A DNA stretch of 64,000 nt from Eremomyces bilateralis CBS 781.70 (taxonomy: Eukaryota): NCBI GenBank assembly GCA_010015585.1, contig ML975155.1. One strand, 5' to 3'. Positions within the stretch are counted from its first letter, which is position 1, and every line of letters starts with the position of its first letter. Positions 49,895 through 61,700 of the stretch are shown piece by piece. Under the pieces are notes generated by a model, which was given only the letters and a program-made list of their open reading frames with translations, made no database searches and had not been told where the DNA came from. The position numbers were made by a program, and so were the translations under genes.

Positions 49895-50557
49895 GTTGGG
49901 CTAAAACTTTATGGGGATGGTGTTGGAAGCAAGTCAAAGGACGTCAAATTAAGCTCATCTGTGGAGCCAATGCTGAGGATCTCAACGTGTTAACCGTTTA
50001 ACAGAACCTCTAAATGAAGCCTAAATGAAGCGCATATGCCCCTATGATTTCGCTTTATACTTGACGAGATGAGACCCGACGTTGAAAATGGATCACATAA
50101 GCAAGGCCATAAGGCAAATTTGATAATATCTTAAGGCAACAATTTGATTGAAGTGGCTGGGCCCAGCTGGGTCAGTGAAGTGGCTCAGTCATTGCGTTCT
50201 AGTCTCTGATTGGCCCTAATCGCATGACCAGGGTCTGAGCTTTCGCATCAACTTTCGAAGTGCTTGACTTCTTTCGCGACTTCGATCGCGTGCAGTTCTG
50301 TCAAGTTCCCGTCTATTCCTTTGCCTGGGTTTCACTCCTACATTTGGACCTCACTATTCACTCTCTCTCATTCTGGGAGCTTGCATTGCATTGATTGGTT
50401 CTACTGCCACAAGGGCCATTGCATTCTACACCCATCTCTCCTAATGTCATTGTTCACCTTCGGCCTTTGTTAACAACACATCTCATAGAGCTTCTGGGTG
50501 GCTTGGTACATATCCGGAACACGAGATTCTCTTCAGGAATAACAAGGCCCTTTCAAT

Positions 50558-53500
50558 ATGGCTACTGCTGCCACTCCTGCACGACCCTTACCGGGTGGAT
50601 TTGCCGTGACTCCTGCTGGCGCAACTCCTGCTCCAGGCGGACCCGTGAGACCACCAGCCTTCCGAATCCCGTCCAACCCCAGAGTACCAGCCGGTCCGGA
50701 CAGAGGATTCCAACCCTTAAATGAACCCAATGGAGACATGTCGGGCCCAGCTCCTCCGGTGTCCCTGACTGCGACATCCCTCAACCCGATCGATGTCGCC
50801 GCAAAAACCATCAACGGCGCCCTAGCAGGGGAAGCGCGTTATCCAGACCTGGAGAGCTTGGTTGCCAGTATGTTGATTGCCAATGTCTGATATATCATGT
50901 ACTAACATATTCCTAGATGGCATCTCCTCCGATTATGACCTAGCAACGTCCGCCGTGTCCTTTCCATTTCAAAAAATCCGATCACACGAGATCCCGGACC
51001 GAATATTTCACCAGTACGATAACAGCTCCCTCGCGGTGTCGATGGGACTTTTTGCCGAGATAAACCATGCGTGGATGACAATCGATAATGCTCTATATAT
51101 CTGGGACTATACCATGCCGAATCCCGAGCTCATCGGGTTCGAAGAGCAGCCACACGCGATCACCGCCGTCAAACTGGTCAAGCCGCGAACCGGAGTATTT
51201 GTCGAGGCCATAACCCATCTCTTGGTGGTGGCAACGGTGAATGAGATCTTCCTCGTTGGCGTTGCAGCCAGTAGCAACAACGGCGTGACGACGGTGTCAC
51301 TCTATCAGACTAAGATGCGCGCTCCCGTATCTGGCCTCGATGTTCGGTGCATTGCCGGAGCAAGTCATAGCGGGCGCATTTTCTTCGCAGGATATTGTGC
51401 GCGCGATATCTACGAACTCACCTACCAGCAGGAGGAAAAGTGGTTCAGTGCAAAATGCTCGAAGCATAACCGGACTTTCAGGTATCTGCCAACAAATTCA
51501 TCATGGTTCGACGAAGCCGCATACGAGGATGTGGCACAGTTGGTCATTGATGACTCTCGGGACCTCCTGTACGCGCTCTCTTCCGTCGGCACGATCCGCG
51601 TATACCACCTCCGACCGAATGCGTGTCGGCGCGTCATTACTCTGACGTGCCACTCGATACAAACGCACATGAGCCACATGTTCTCCTCCCGGGCCACGAT
51701 GCCAGCTGGTCCCATCGAAATCGTGTCCCTTACACCCATCACCAGGTTCGAGGCGAGGATTATGAACCTTGTCGCGATAACATCAACAGGCACTCGGATT
51801 TTCTTCACTGCTACAACGTCAGGATATGAACGGCCGGAGAACAAAGATGCACCGACCAGTATGCAAGTTTTCCACGTCAAATTCGCTCCGTCCACAGACC
51901 CCCAGCCGAACACCTCTGCAGCTGTTGGGCGTACCGTGAACACAACGTCGGATTACCTAGTCAAAACCCGCCTTGGCGCACGATATGGACCTGGATACTT
52001 CTTCTGCTTCGTCAGAAAAGGCAACGATGAGTTTGACCACATGTTTGCGTGTGCTCCAGATTCCGGCCGCGTCGCGAAAGGGGCAGAAAGCGCTCTTGAT
52101 CTACATCTTGTCGAACAAGGACATACGTACACTCTACCGGGCGTGACTGCGGATGTTGGTCTCGTGACGAAGCCGTTCGGAGCCACCTCGACACCTCTCG
52201 GCTTTGGGAATGAGCTTGCTGAGCAATACGACACTCCAACGGCGGAAGTGGCGGTGCTGACATCGAGTGGCATACACACATATCGGAGACGACGCCTCGT
52301 CGACATGTTCGCTGCACTGCTGCGGTCCGGCATCGAGCAGGAGGATACACAGGCATCGGTGGCCAAATTCGTCCGTCAATATGGCCGAAATGAAATGGCT
52401 GCCACCGCCCTTGCCGTGGTTTGCGGTCAAGCCGTGGATGTCAATACCGAGGCGAGGGTGGCCAATGTCACCGATCCAGATATCATTGGTGCGGCTCGTA
52501 CAGCGTACATCGAGCAAAGTGGGAAAGCCTTCATGAATACCAACAGCGACTCCATTCAATTCTCGGCGCGTCATGACGGGTTGGCACTGTACATCTCACG
52601 ACTCATCCGCTCCGTTTGGAAAGCAAAGGTGCTGAAGGAGACATTGAAAGGCAAAACAGGTCTCACCGTGACTTCGACCCTTGCGACAGCGAAATTGCAA
52701 AGCGTTCAACAACACTTGGTCGCTTTACAGAAGTTCTTGGATGCAAACAAGAACTCAATCGAGGGGCTTGCTGGTCCAGAAGCCCTGACACGGGTACGGA
52801 CACGGCAGGATGAGATGCTATTGCAAAACGAGCATCGGGCCATGAACGCGCTTGTTCGACTCATCACATCCATCATCGAAGGCATTTCATTTATCCTGGT
52901 GCTTTTCGACAACCCCATCGTTGAAATCATTCTCTCTCTGCCCGAAACCATCCGCCAACAGGTCCGCGATCTCACATTCGAAACTCTCTTCTGTTCGACA
53001 AGGGGACGGGACCTTGCTCGAGAGCTCGTCAAAGCCATCGTCAACCGCAGCATCGCCAGTGGATCCAACGTGGAGCAAGTTGCGGATGGTCTGCGAAGGA
53101 GATGTGGAAGCTTCTGCTCGGCCAACGATGTCTTGATCTTCAAGGCACAGGAGCACTTGACAAAAGCGACGGATGCGGGCATCAACTCGGAGTTGGCTCG
53201 TGTCTTGTTGAACGACAGCCTGAAGCTGTTCCAGAAAGTGGCGGGTAGCCTGAGCCTGGACTATCTCAGACTGGCCGTAGAGCAGTACACGCGGATGGCG
53301 TTCTTTGCGGGAGCCATCCAGCTGGTGTTACAAGTTGCGCAGGAGATGGATCGGAGTAATCGAGCATTGTCATGGATTAGGGATGGTTCGCCGGAAGCCG
53401 TGAGTTGCCTGCACTCACCCTCATTTGTTCTAACTGACATCCTTCAGGATCCACGGAAAGCGGCTTTCTACCAGCGAACCGAGTGCTATGATCTCATCCA

Positions 53501-54834
53501 CCATATCATCAACGCAGTTGACCGTGCCGAGACGACGATGCCCGAAGTTCCCGAAGTCGTCACTGCCCGACGGAAACAGGAAGCGTACGCCCAAATCAAC
53601 GAATCCACCGACGAGGTATTCCAAACCAACCTCTACGACTGGTATATCGGCCAAGGCTGGCAGGATCGCCTGCTCGATATCTCCTCGCCATACGTCGTCA
53701 GCTATCTCGAGCGGAAATCCAACGACGATGTTCAATATGCCAACCTGCTCTGGCGTTATCACTCACACTACAACAACTTCTACCAAGCAGCGCTTGTCCA
53801 GTTCCAGCTCGCACAGAGTGTCGTTCTGGACCTGTCTCTTGCCCAACGGATCGAGTATCTCAGTCGTGCGAAGGCTAATGCATCAACACGACTCACGGGC
53901 ATGGTGGATGTTGCGGTATCGACGGCAAAGCAGGAGAAACTGCGAGAGATCTCCGAACAGCTCGACGTTGCAACTGTGCAAGAAGAAGTCCTGCAGCGCC
54001 TCCGGGCCGATCCACGGCTTCCAGAAGAGCGGAGACCGGAGGTGGAGAATGAATTGGGTGGAGAGGTTCTCAATTGGAGCTCGGTAAGTAGTCCAGCTTT
54101 CTTTCTGTCGTTATTCAAGAGCCATATACTGACACCGTCGCAGCTATTCAACGACTATGCCGATCAAGCGGGCTACTTCGACATCTGTATCCAGGTCTTC
54201 CACCACGCAGATTACCGGAGCACACAAGATATCTCCGCCACCTGGTCGAATCTCATCGAGCGGACTATCGTCGACGCGCAGGCTCAGGGCGGTGCCGAGC
54301 CATGGGAGATGGTGGTCGACATCGTCCGCAAACTAGGGACTCGCGTGAACCTATCCGAGACGGTTTTTCCAATCAGTACGTGCTCTCCCCCTACGTTACA
54401 AATTATCATGGTTTTTAGTGCTAATCCGAAGCGTGATAGATATGCTTGTCAACACCCTCCTCAACTTCGCCCAGCAGTACCTACAAGGCTCCCCCGCCCA
54501 CTGGGTCACCAACGTCTTCCTTGAACTCGAAGTCCCCCATGAGGCCCTGATCAGTGCGCTTGAGGTGCCCCTCCACTCGCACGAACCACCGTTCGTCACC
54601 CCGGCGGAGCGGGCGGTCGTCGCGAACGAGGTGCTGCATGTGTGCGAGCATTGGTTCGCCGTGAGCCGCCGGGCGGGGGGCATAGCGTTTGGGAGCGAGG
54701 AGAACGCGGCGGGGGTGTCGGATGTGTTGCGGGAGGCGGCGCAGTTGCTTGTGCAGGTGCCGGGGCAGTATGACGAGGAGCAGTTGAGGGCGAGGGATTT
54801 GATGGAGGCGGCGGGGAGGACGTTGAGGGGGTGA
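50558..54834 (+). CDS. NUP170: Nucleoporin Nup170/Nup155. Exons 50558-50867, 50917-53399, 53448-54083, 54144-54375, 54440-54834
   Basis: MGLFAEINHAWMTIDNALYIWDY, YELTYQQEEKWF, FGNELAEQY, SARHDGLALYISRL and LAQRIEYLSRAKAN. Confidence 0.95.
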
Positions 54835-55440
54835 AGATGAGGGGTGTGGATCGTTCAATAGTCGAGGGTTGTTTGATGCCAAAGAACGGGATGGCAATCA
54901 ATGCTACGTGGCCGGGCATTCGTACCGTATGACGTTAGGAATCTGGAGGGGTATCCCGCATGGGAGCGAGCTGTTCTTGAATACTTCAGTACCATACAAA
55001 AGCGACGGAAGTAGATAGCTTGGTGCTTTGGCGTGCTTATAGCGAGGCGTTGGTGACTGTCGGGAGACAACGTACAGAAATCGCATCATTGTCCATAGCA
55101 AATCTTTATCTTCATATCGTGCGTGGCTTGTGGGTGTTGACTGCCGTAACCGCAAACAATGGAGAATCACCTAGCAATTACTAAATGCCCGTACCGCAAA
55201 GGCTGAGGGCCGTTGAAAGCCGTTGAGACGGGGATGCAGATAATTTGCTTAGCAGAATCTCTTAGGGTCACAGTCCTCGGTTGAGGAGGACTGCAGCACC
55301 GTTTTAACCAGATAGTATCTCGATTCCTATTCCCTACTTGGTTTCCTCCAAACGGATGGGGCTTAGCCGTACTCCGTCGATTTTCAACGGCCATCAGGAT
55401 GTCTTTGCGGTCCATCGCACGGCTAGATTCCCCCATCCTC

Positions 55441-56148
55441 TCAATGAGCAACCAATCCGTTCCGAGCTTTCAGATATGCCGCGCGATACTGATTGCTATC
55501 TGTCTCCTCAGTGCGGTTGAGCGGAGTCCATTTAGGTTCCTCCTTAAACAGGCGCATAGCCTTGATGTACTACGCACCGTCAGTATGATATCCCCTCAAC
55601 CCGCAAACTCCCTCGTCGCATCATCACTCACATTGCCACCATCCGTCGTAAACCGATGATAAATTCCCGCCGGCAGGATAATCAAATCTCCCTTCTCCAA
55701 CCGAATCCGCACCCACGCATCATTCTTCGACCGCACGTCGAAATACCCCGCCCCCTCCAAGATATATCGGATCTCCTCGTCCTCGTGCAGATGCTCGCTG
55801 AAGAACATCTTCAGCTTCGCGTCGTACGCGTCGCCCATGGTCTCCGGCGAGATGGCGATCTCGTCCCGGTTCTTGTAGCCGCGCTCCTGGGCGAGCTGCT
55901 CGACGGTGGCGAGGGTGGGGTGGTGGGAGTAGAGGACGCCGAGGGAGGAGAGGAGGTCGGTGGGGACGGGGCGGCCGGAGTCGTGAGGGCCACGCTGGTC
56001 CGCCTGGGTCGACACACGATGTCAGTGAGGAATTCCAAGAACCAGTCGGGGCATGAGTAAGTGGCGCCATTATGTCGCAAATTGGGCAAATGCATCCGCA
56101 TGGGGATTGGGCACCTACCGGACTGTCATCGTACCAATATGCCTTCAT
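55441..56148 (-). CDS. ADI1: Acireductone dioxygenase (methionine salvage). Exons 56148-56119, 56003-55632, 55569-55441
   Basis: [37 protein letters not shown] and exon 3 [19 protein letters not shown]. Confidence 0.96.
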
Positions 56149-56343
56149 CTTGGTCGCAAACAGCAGCGTCTGAGCACGTTTAGGGTCGGAATTGCTACAG
56201 GAGAACTCGATTCGCTCAACAGATTGGATTAATCTGTACGAATCGCCAAGTAATGGACTCTTGGCTTAAGTTCTATTAATATTACTGGGCGACGAGGAGA
56301 TGCACATCTTATATACGTTCTCGATCAACAAAAGATCAACAAA

Positions 56344-56353
56344 ATGGCGTCAA
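56344..56353. promoter_or_regulatory. CYS-3/MetR-like bZIP site (ATGGCGTCAA) in the ADI1-CYS4 divergent intergenic region
   Basis: 9/10 match to ATGRYRYCAT. A second 9/10 match, GTGGCGCCAT, lies at 56061-56070 in ADI1 intron 1. Confidence 0.4.
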
Positions 56354-57150
56354 GGTGCTGCTGACTGAATGCTGACGTCGGATTGGTCATTTTGTTGCCC
56401 CGCAAAGCTCCAGTAAGCACTGTGTAGGCCTGCAGGATAACTGGTAACGACAGTGTGAGACAGCTGGACCTGGACACACTGCACTGCAGCTGCAGTGAAA
56501 GGCTACCTCCGGTGGGGACGAAATTGAGTTACGTTTCTTGGCATTCCCCCAACCACCACCACCATCACCACCATCACAGGGAGGCCCGATTCGCTCAAAA
56601 ATAGCATAATATCAAAAGTATACTCTTTTCCTAACTAGGTGACTACTAGAAGTCTGTTTTGGTGAATTCTCCGCCGTGTTCTAGTTAAGGTCGTGGGAGT
56701 TGTGGTTGGGGGGATGCCAAGAAACATAACTCAATTTCGTCCCCACCGGCTGGGAGGCTATACAATAAGGTTATAAGGCGATAAGGCACCAAAAATTCGG
56801 AATTCACCCAAATTTCACCCACGTGCATTTCCGGAGCAACAAAAACAACACGAACTTCCAGTGAACGTGAAAGGCGCCAGAAGCGTACAGGGCCACTCAG
56901 GACGCTACAGTAGACTCTCAGTGTTTCGAGATTTAATGTTCTGAGGCCTAGACACGCGAAAATCACTTCCTCATCTCGCCACATGCCTATCCTGTCATAG
57001 TACCATCGGCTACTATCGGGTTGAGGATCTAGATTTTCTTTTTTTAACCAAGTTAACTCCTTGCTCCTCGCTGCTTTAGTATCTCAATAGACCTTTTGTT
57101 CTCACGGTTGAGCTCCTGGACATTTGCTGTTTTCCCGCCCATAAACCAAA

Positions 57151-58796
57151 ATGTCGCTCCCAGCCAGTGTCGAGCATGGCGTCTACGACTCCATCACGCA
57201 GCACATCGGTCACACACCTCTCGTCCGGTTGAACCGCATTCCTCAGTCACTCGGCATCAAATGTCCCGTCTACGCAAAGGTCGAGCTCTTCAACGCAGGC
57301 GGCAGCGTCAAAGACCGCATCGCCTTGCGTATGATCGAAGAAGCAGAAAAATCCGGGCGCATCAAGCCAGGGGACACCTTGATCGAACCCACGTCCGGAA
57401 ACACGGGCATCGGGCTTGCCTTGGTGGGCGCGGTGAAGGGCTACAAGACCATCATTACGTTGCCGGAGAAAATGTCGCCGGAAAAGGTCGCCGTGCTGCG
57501 TGCGTTGAAGAGTGAGATCATTCGCACGCCCACGGAGGCGGCATTTGACAGCCCGGAGAGCCATATCAGCGTGGCGATACGGCTGCAGAAAGAGCTGCCG
57601 AACGCGCATATCCTGGATCAGTATGCTAATCCGGATAACCCGCTGGCTCATGAGAAAGGGACGGCGGAGGAGATTTGGGCGCAGACGGGCGGGAAGGTGG
57701 CGATGGTGGTTGCGGGTGCAGGGACGGGCGGCACTGTGACGGGAATCGGGAGGGGGTTGAAGAAGCGGAAAAACGACATCAAGGTCATTGCTGCGGATCC
57801 GGAGGGGAGCATCTTGGCCTTACCGGAATCGATAAACGAAGCGCATAAGAATGAGCCATACAAGGTGGAAGGGATCGGATATGACTTCATTCCGGAGGTG
57901 CTCGACCGAAAGATTGTGGACAAATGGTACAAGACGGATGATAGCGAGTCGTTCATGTATGCACGACGATTGATCGCGGAGGAAGGCCTACTGGTAGGCG
58001 GAAGCAGTGGCAGCGCGATGGCCGCGATGGTGAAGGCCGTCAAGGATTTCCCAGATCTGGACAAAGACTCGATCATCGTGGTTGTGCTGCCGGACAGCAT
58101 AAGGAGCTATCTCAGCAAGGTGAGAAGCCCTCTTGATTTTCCGATCTCGATTTTATCGGGAAAGCTAAGCGAAGTTCTTCATCTGCTAACACCATTCAGT
58201 TCGCCGACGATGACTGGCTGGCCGCCAACAACCTCCTCACGAACCCGACTCCCGCCATAGAGTCCCTCTCCCTCCAGCCCCCCACCGCCGCCGCAAATGC
58301 CGACCCCTTCGGCGACGCAACCATCGCCTCCCTCCGACTCAAGCCGCTCACCTCCCTCCCGCTCACCGCACCCTGTGACGAAGCCGCCGAGACCATGCGC
58401 GACCGCGGGTTCGACCAACTGCCCGTGTGCACGGCATCAGGGAAGCGCCTCGTCGGGCTGCTGACGCTCGGCAACCTGCTCAGCTTCCTCGGCAGCGGAC
58501 GGGCGGTGCCGACCGACCCGATCGAGAAGGTCATGTTTGATTTCCGGGCGATGGAGCCGGTAGGCGTGGATCCGTTGGTGGAGGGGCGAGAAGGGGAGAT
58601 TAAGGGGAGGCGGACGCACGATCGGTTCGTGGAGATCACGGTGGGGACGCCGTTGAAGGCGTTAAGTCGGTTCTTCGAATGGAATAGTGCAGCGATCGTG
58701 ACGGAGAAGCAGGAGACGGGAGGGATGAAGGCGGTGGCGGTGGTGACGAAGGTGGACCTGTTGTCGTGGTTGGTGAGGCAGAAGTCGAGACGTTGA
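57151..58796 (+). CDS. CYS4: Cystathionine beta-synthase with C-terminal CBS domains. Exons 57151-58119, 58200-58796
   Basis: [12 protein letters not shown] (PLP lysine), [48 protein letters not shown] pair [18 protein letters not shown]. Confidence 0.97.
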
Positions 58797-61700
58797 ACAA
58801 GGTCGTGATGACTGGCGCATTTGACTTTCCTACTGTATCATAGATCAATATTGGACGATATAATATGATAGATAGACGGTTCGTGGGCGATGGAGCGAAG
58901 CAGAGTGGTAATGGATCGATAGCGTGCGTGATGTTACCATCATATTTTCTAGATTAATACTCGATCGATTATTTATGTGTCAACCTGGAGGTGCCTAATA
59001 CACACACCTACGCTATACCATACCGCCGAATGCAATACCAGACGATGTTCTACCAAATGCGCCCACCAAAGCGGATGAAACGAGGTTCGTTCATCGTATA
59101 CATCGGCGCAAACTCGGCCTCTATAGGCGAAGGGTGGATGATGACTTTCAGTCTACTACGGGCCATGAGACTCGATGGGATGGAGATGATCGCCCAACAT
59201 CGACTACATCCGCAGATACATAGTCTAAGACCTGATTGTTCAGACCGACGAGGATTCACATTGAGTTCGACGGAAGGGAATTTGGAGACGGTGAGTTGGG
59301 TCTCGCCTCATCAGGTGAGAGATGAATTCGTGGTCGGATGTTGAACGCTGTTTTGACTGATACTACTGTTTTGCATCCGTTGTTCGAACTTTGAAAACGA
59401 AATTGGATAGGTGACGCACGAGTCGTACGTCATGAGAGGTATTTTAAGAGAAACAGCGATGATTAGTACTATCTTCATTACAGCGGGACACACCAAGTCG
59501 TCCTCCATAAAAACGGTCCCTTCCGTCAGTACCTCTTCTTTGGGGACTGATATCTATCGTAGACAACCAGAACTAGCTGCCAAATCTAGAGCAGAAAAGG
59601 GGCTCCAGAAGCCAAATGATGCATTAATTGAGATAGACAGGTAATAATGGCTGACCGACTGAAGGCACTCCACATCGACACGAATCCAGATATCGACGGA
59701 TGAAGGGAACCCTCCCCACCATGGACCATCCGTCTCCAAGCCCAACAATTCCTCGAAAATGCCGCATCTTAAATCTCCGAGGAAAATACTATTGTCATCA
59801 ATCCGAATAGGAACCGGAGAGATTGCCCTCCCCCAACCCAAGGTACTGGTCGGCAGCCATGAAAAGTCAGAGAAACGCTTACGTCTCCCATTGCCAGCGT
59901 GACCACCCCTTTGTTTGCTACCCGCAGCCCCCTCCCCCAGCTGGCCCAACCATCCTGTCCTCCTATAAGTAGTGCTCACCAGTCCATCGTGTGCAACGTA
60001 CGGAGAACGAGACCCAGCGCGGCGGATCGCACTACCATCCATCCCCAGAAAGACCTGCCCGCTGCCCCATCTGCTGCCCGTTCCCGTTCAGGCTCGCGGG
60101 CACCTGGCGGCAACAGCTGAAAGAGGGAACGCAGTCCAGCCAAACGGAGAATTGCTGACATTAGATTGACATGGATATGAGACGATGGATGTCCTGGGCA
60201 GTGGCGAGAGGTTCGCGTCGGATCCGAGGCGCGTGGATCCCGGCAGCGTTGCACACTATCGATGATCTGGAAAGGCGTTTCGACAGGATCGAGGAGGGGG
60301 CGGATATATCAGCGTCGCATAATGACTGATGCCTCCAGATAATATCGGTTCTGGGAGGTCTCGTAGGACGACATATAACAGTTGGACATGGTGTGTCGGC
60401 GCTAGCATTGCGTGCCACGATGATGTCGGCTCAGATGGTGCTGTGTCGCAGGACATGTGATTGTCATCGAATGGAAGCCCTGGCGCCGATCAGCCCTGCG
60501 TAGGTTCATCACGCCAGCTGAGCTCGATCAACCACGGTGCGGGAGGACAGAGGCCCTCCATTAAAGGGCGCATCAATTCATATGAGATTGTTGCAGCTAT
60601 GAAATGATTTGGGAGCTATGGACAGCCGAGGCCGGGACGCCCATCCGCAGGGCGCCATTGATTGTGATATCGAGCAGTCTAGACGATCTACGATCGTTGT
60701 CAGACCCGCCAGTGCCAGTGGAAGCAATCTCCGGGAGGGTCGAGAACCAGGTCCAGGAAGTATTTGAAATCATGAAAGCGTAACTTGGATACTCGGCCAT
60801 GAAATCTGTAGGGGCTAGACGACGATGTATGTTGAAACGCCGAGGTGCTCACGAATGGAGACCGTGTTGGATATGGAGATTAGGAATCCCGCGAGCACAG
60901 ATGTGCGGTGGATAGAGACGGGACGGGTAGTAGCAGGATGCCTAAGGTATGGTCACCTATCCCACGTATCTAGGATAATGTTTAAGTGAAATCCTGAAGG
61001 CTTTTCCGGTTATAGGCGGAGGTCCTTCGTGCTGAGGTTGACTGCTTTGATTACATGTGGTGGTTAAGGGACGCGCCTTACCAGTGCTCAAATGCTTACC
61101 GCAGCCATCTAGAACGACGCCATAGAGAGGATCGTCCTGGAGTCGAATCCAGGTTCTTCTAGCCACAGTAACATCGAGGAATTTCAAAACCCGGCCCATG
61201 GATATCCCATGCGGCTCCATGGTGTCTGTAATCCATGAGATCGTCCACATCTTAGTTGGACCTGGTTCCTGTGCTCACAACGTCGTAGATGAGCTACGGC
61301 AGGCAATCGTTCGGGTCGGTGGTACGTTTGAAGGAAGGGGAAGACTAGTCATGGAAATTGTTGTGTTGCGCGATCACAACCTCGAGAACAATGGAAATAG
61401 GAGTTTAGCGCAGATTAGGTGGTGCAATTGAAGTTATCAAGGACGGTCTCAACATCAGAACAAGAGAATAGTGCGACTTAGAGCATTGAACATCGTGGAA
61501 AGTAAAACAACATACATGAGGTAATACAATATGGTTCACGATAGTACAATGACCGGTGGGTCGGTTCCCGTGCCTCGGTGTGTTCAGTTTTCCACATCAT
61601 GCCACTGATTGGGAGTGTGGTTCTCTGCTGGGTGATTAATTCCCCAAACATCTCTACCCGCCAAAGGTATTGCTGTCGTGACTTCCTGGAACGCTATGTC

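Noticed and set aside
11500..56148. Metal-handling cluster (CobW, UreF, ADI1, GFA)
   Set aside because: The genes are tens of kb apart and separated by unrelated housekeeping genes; no urease or metal transporter is present.
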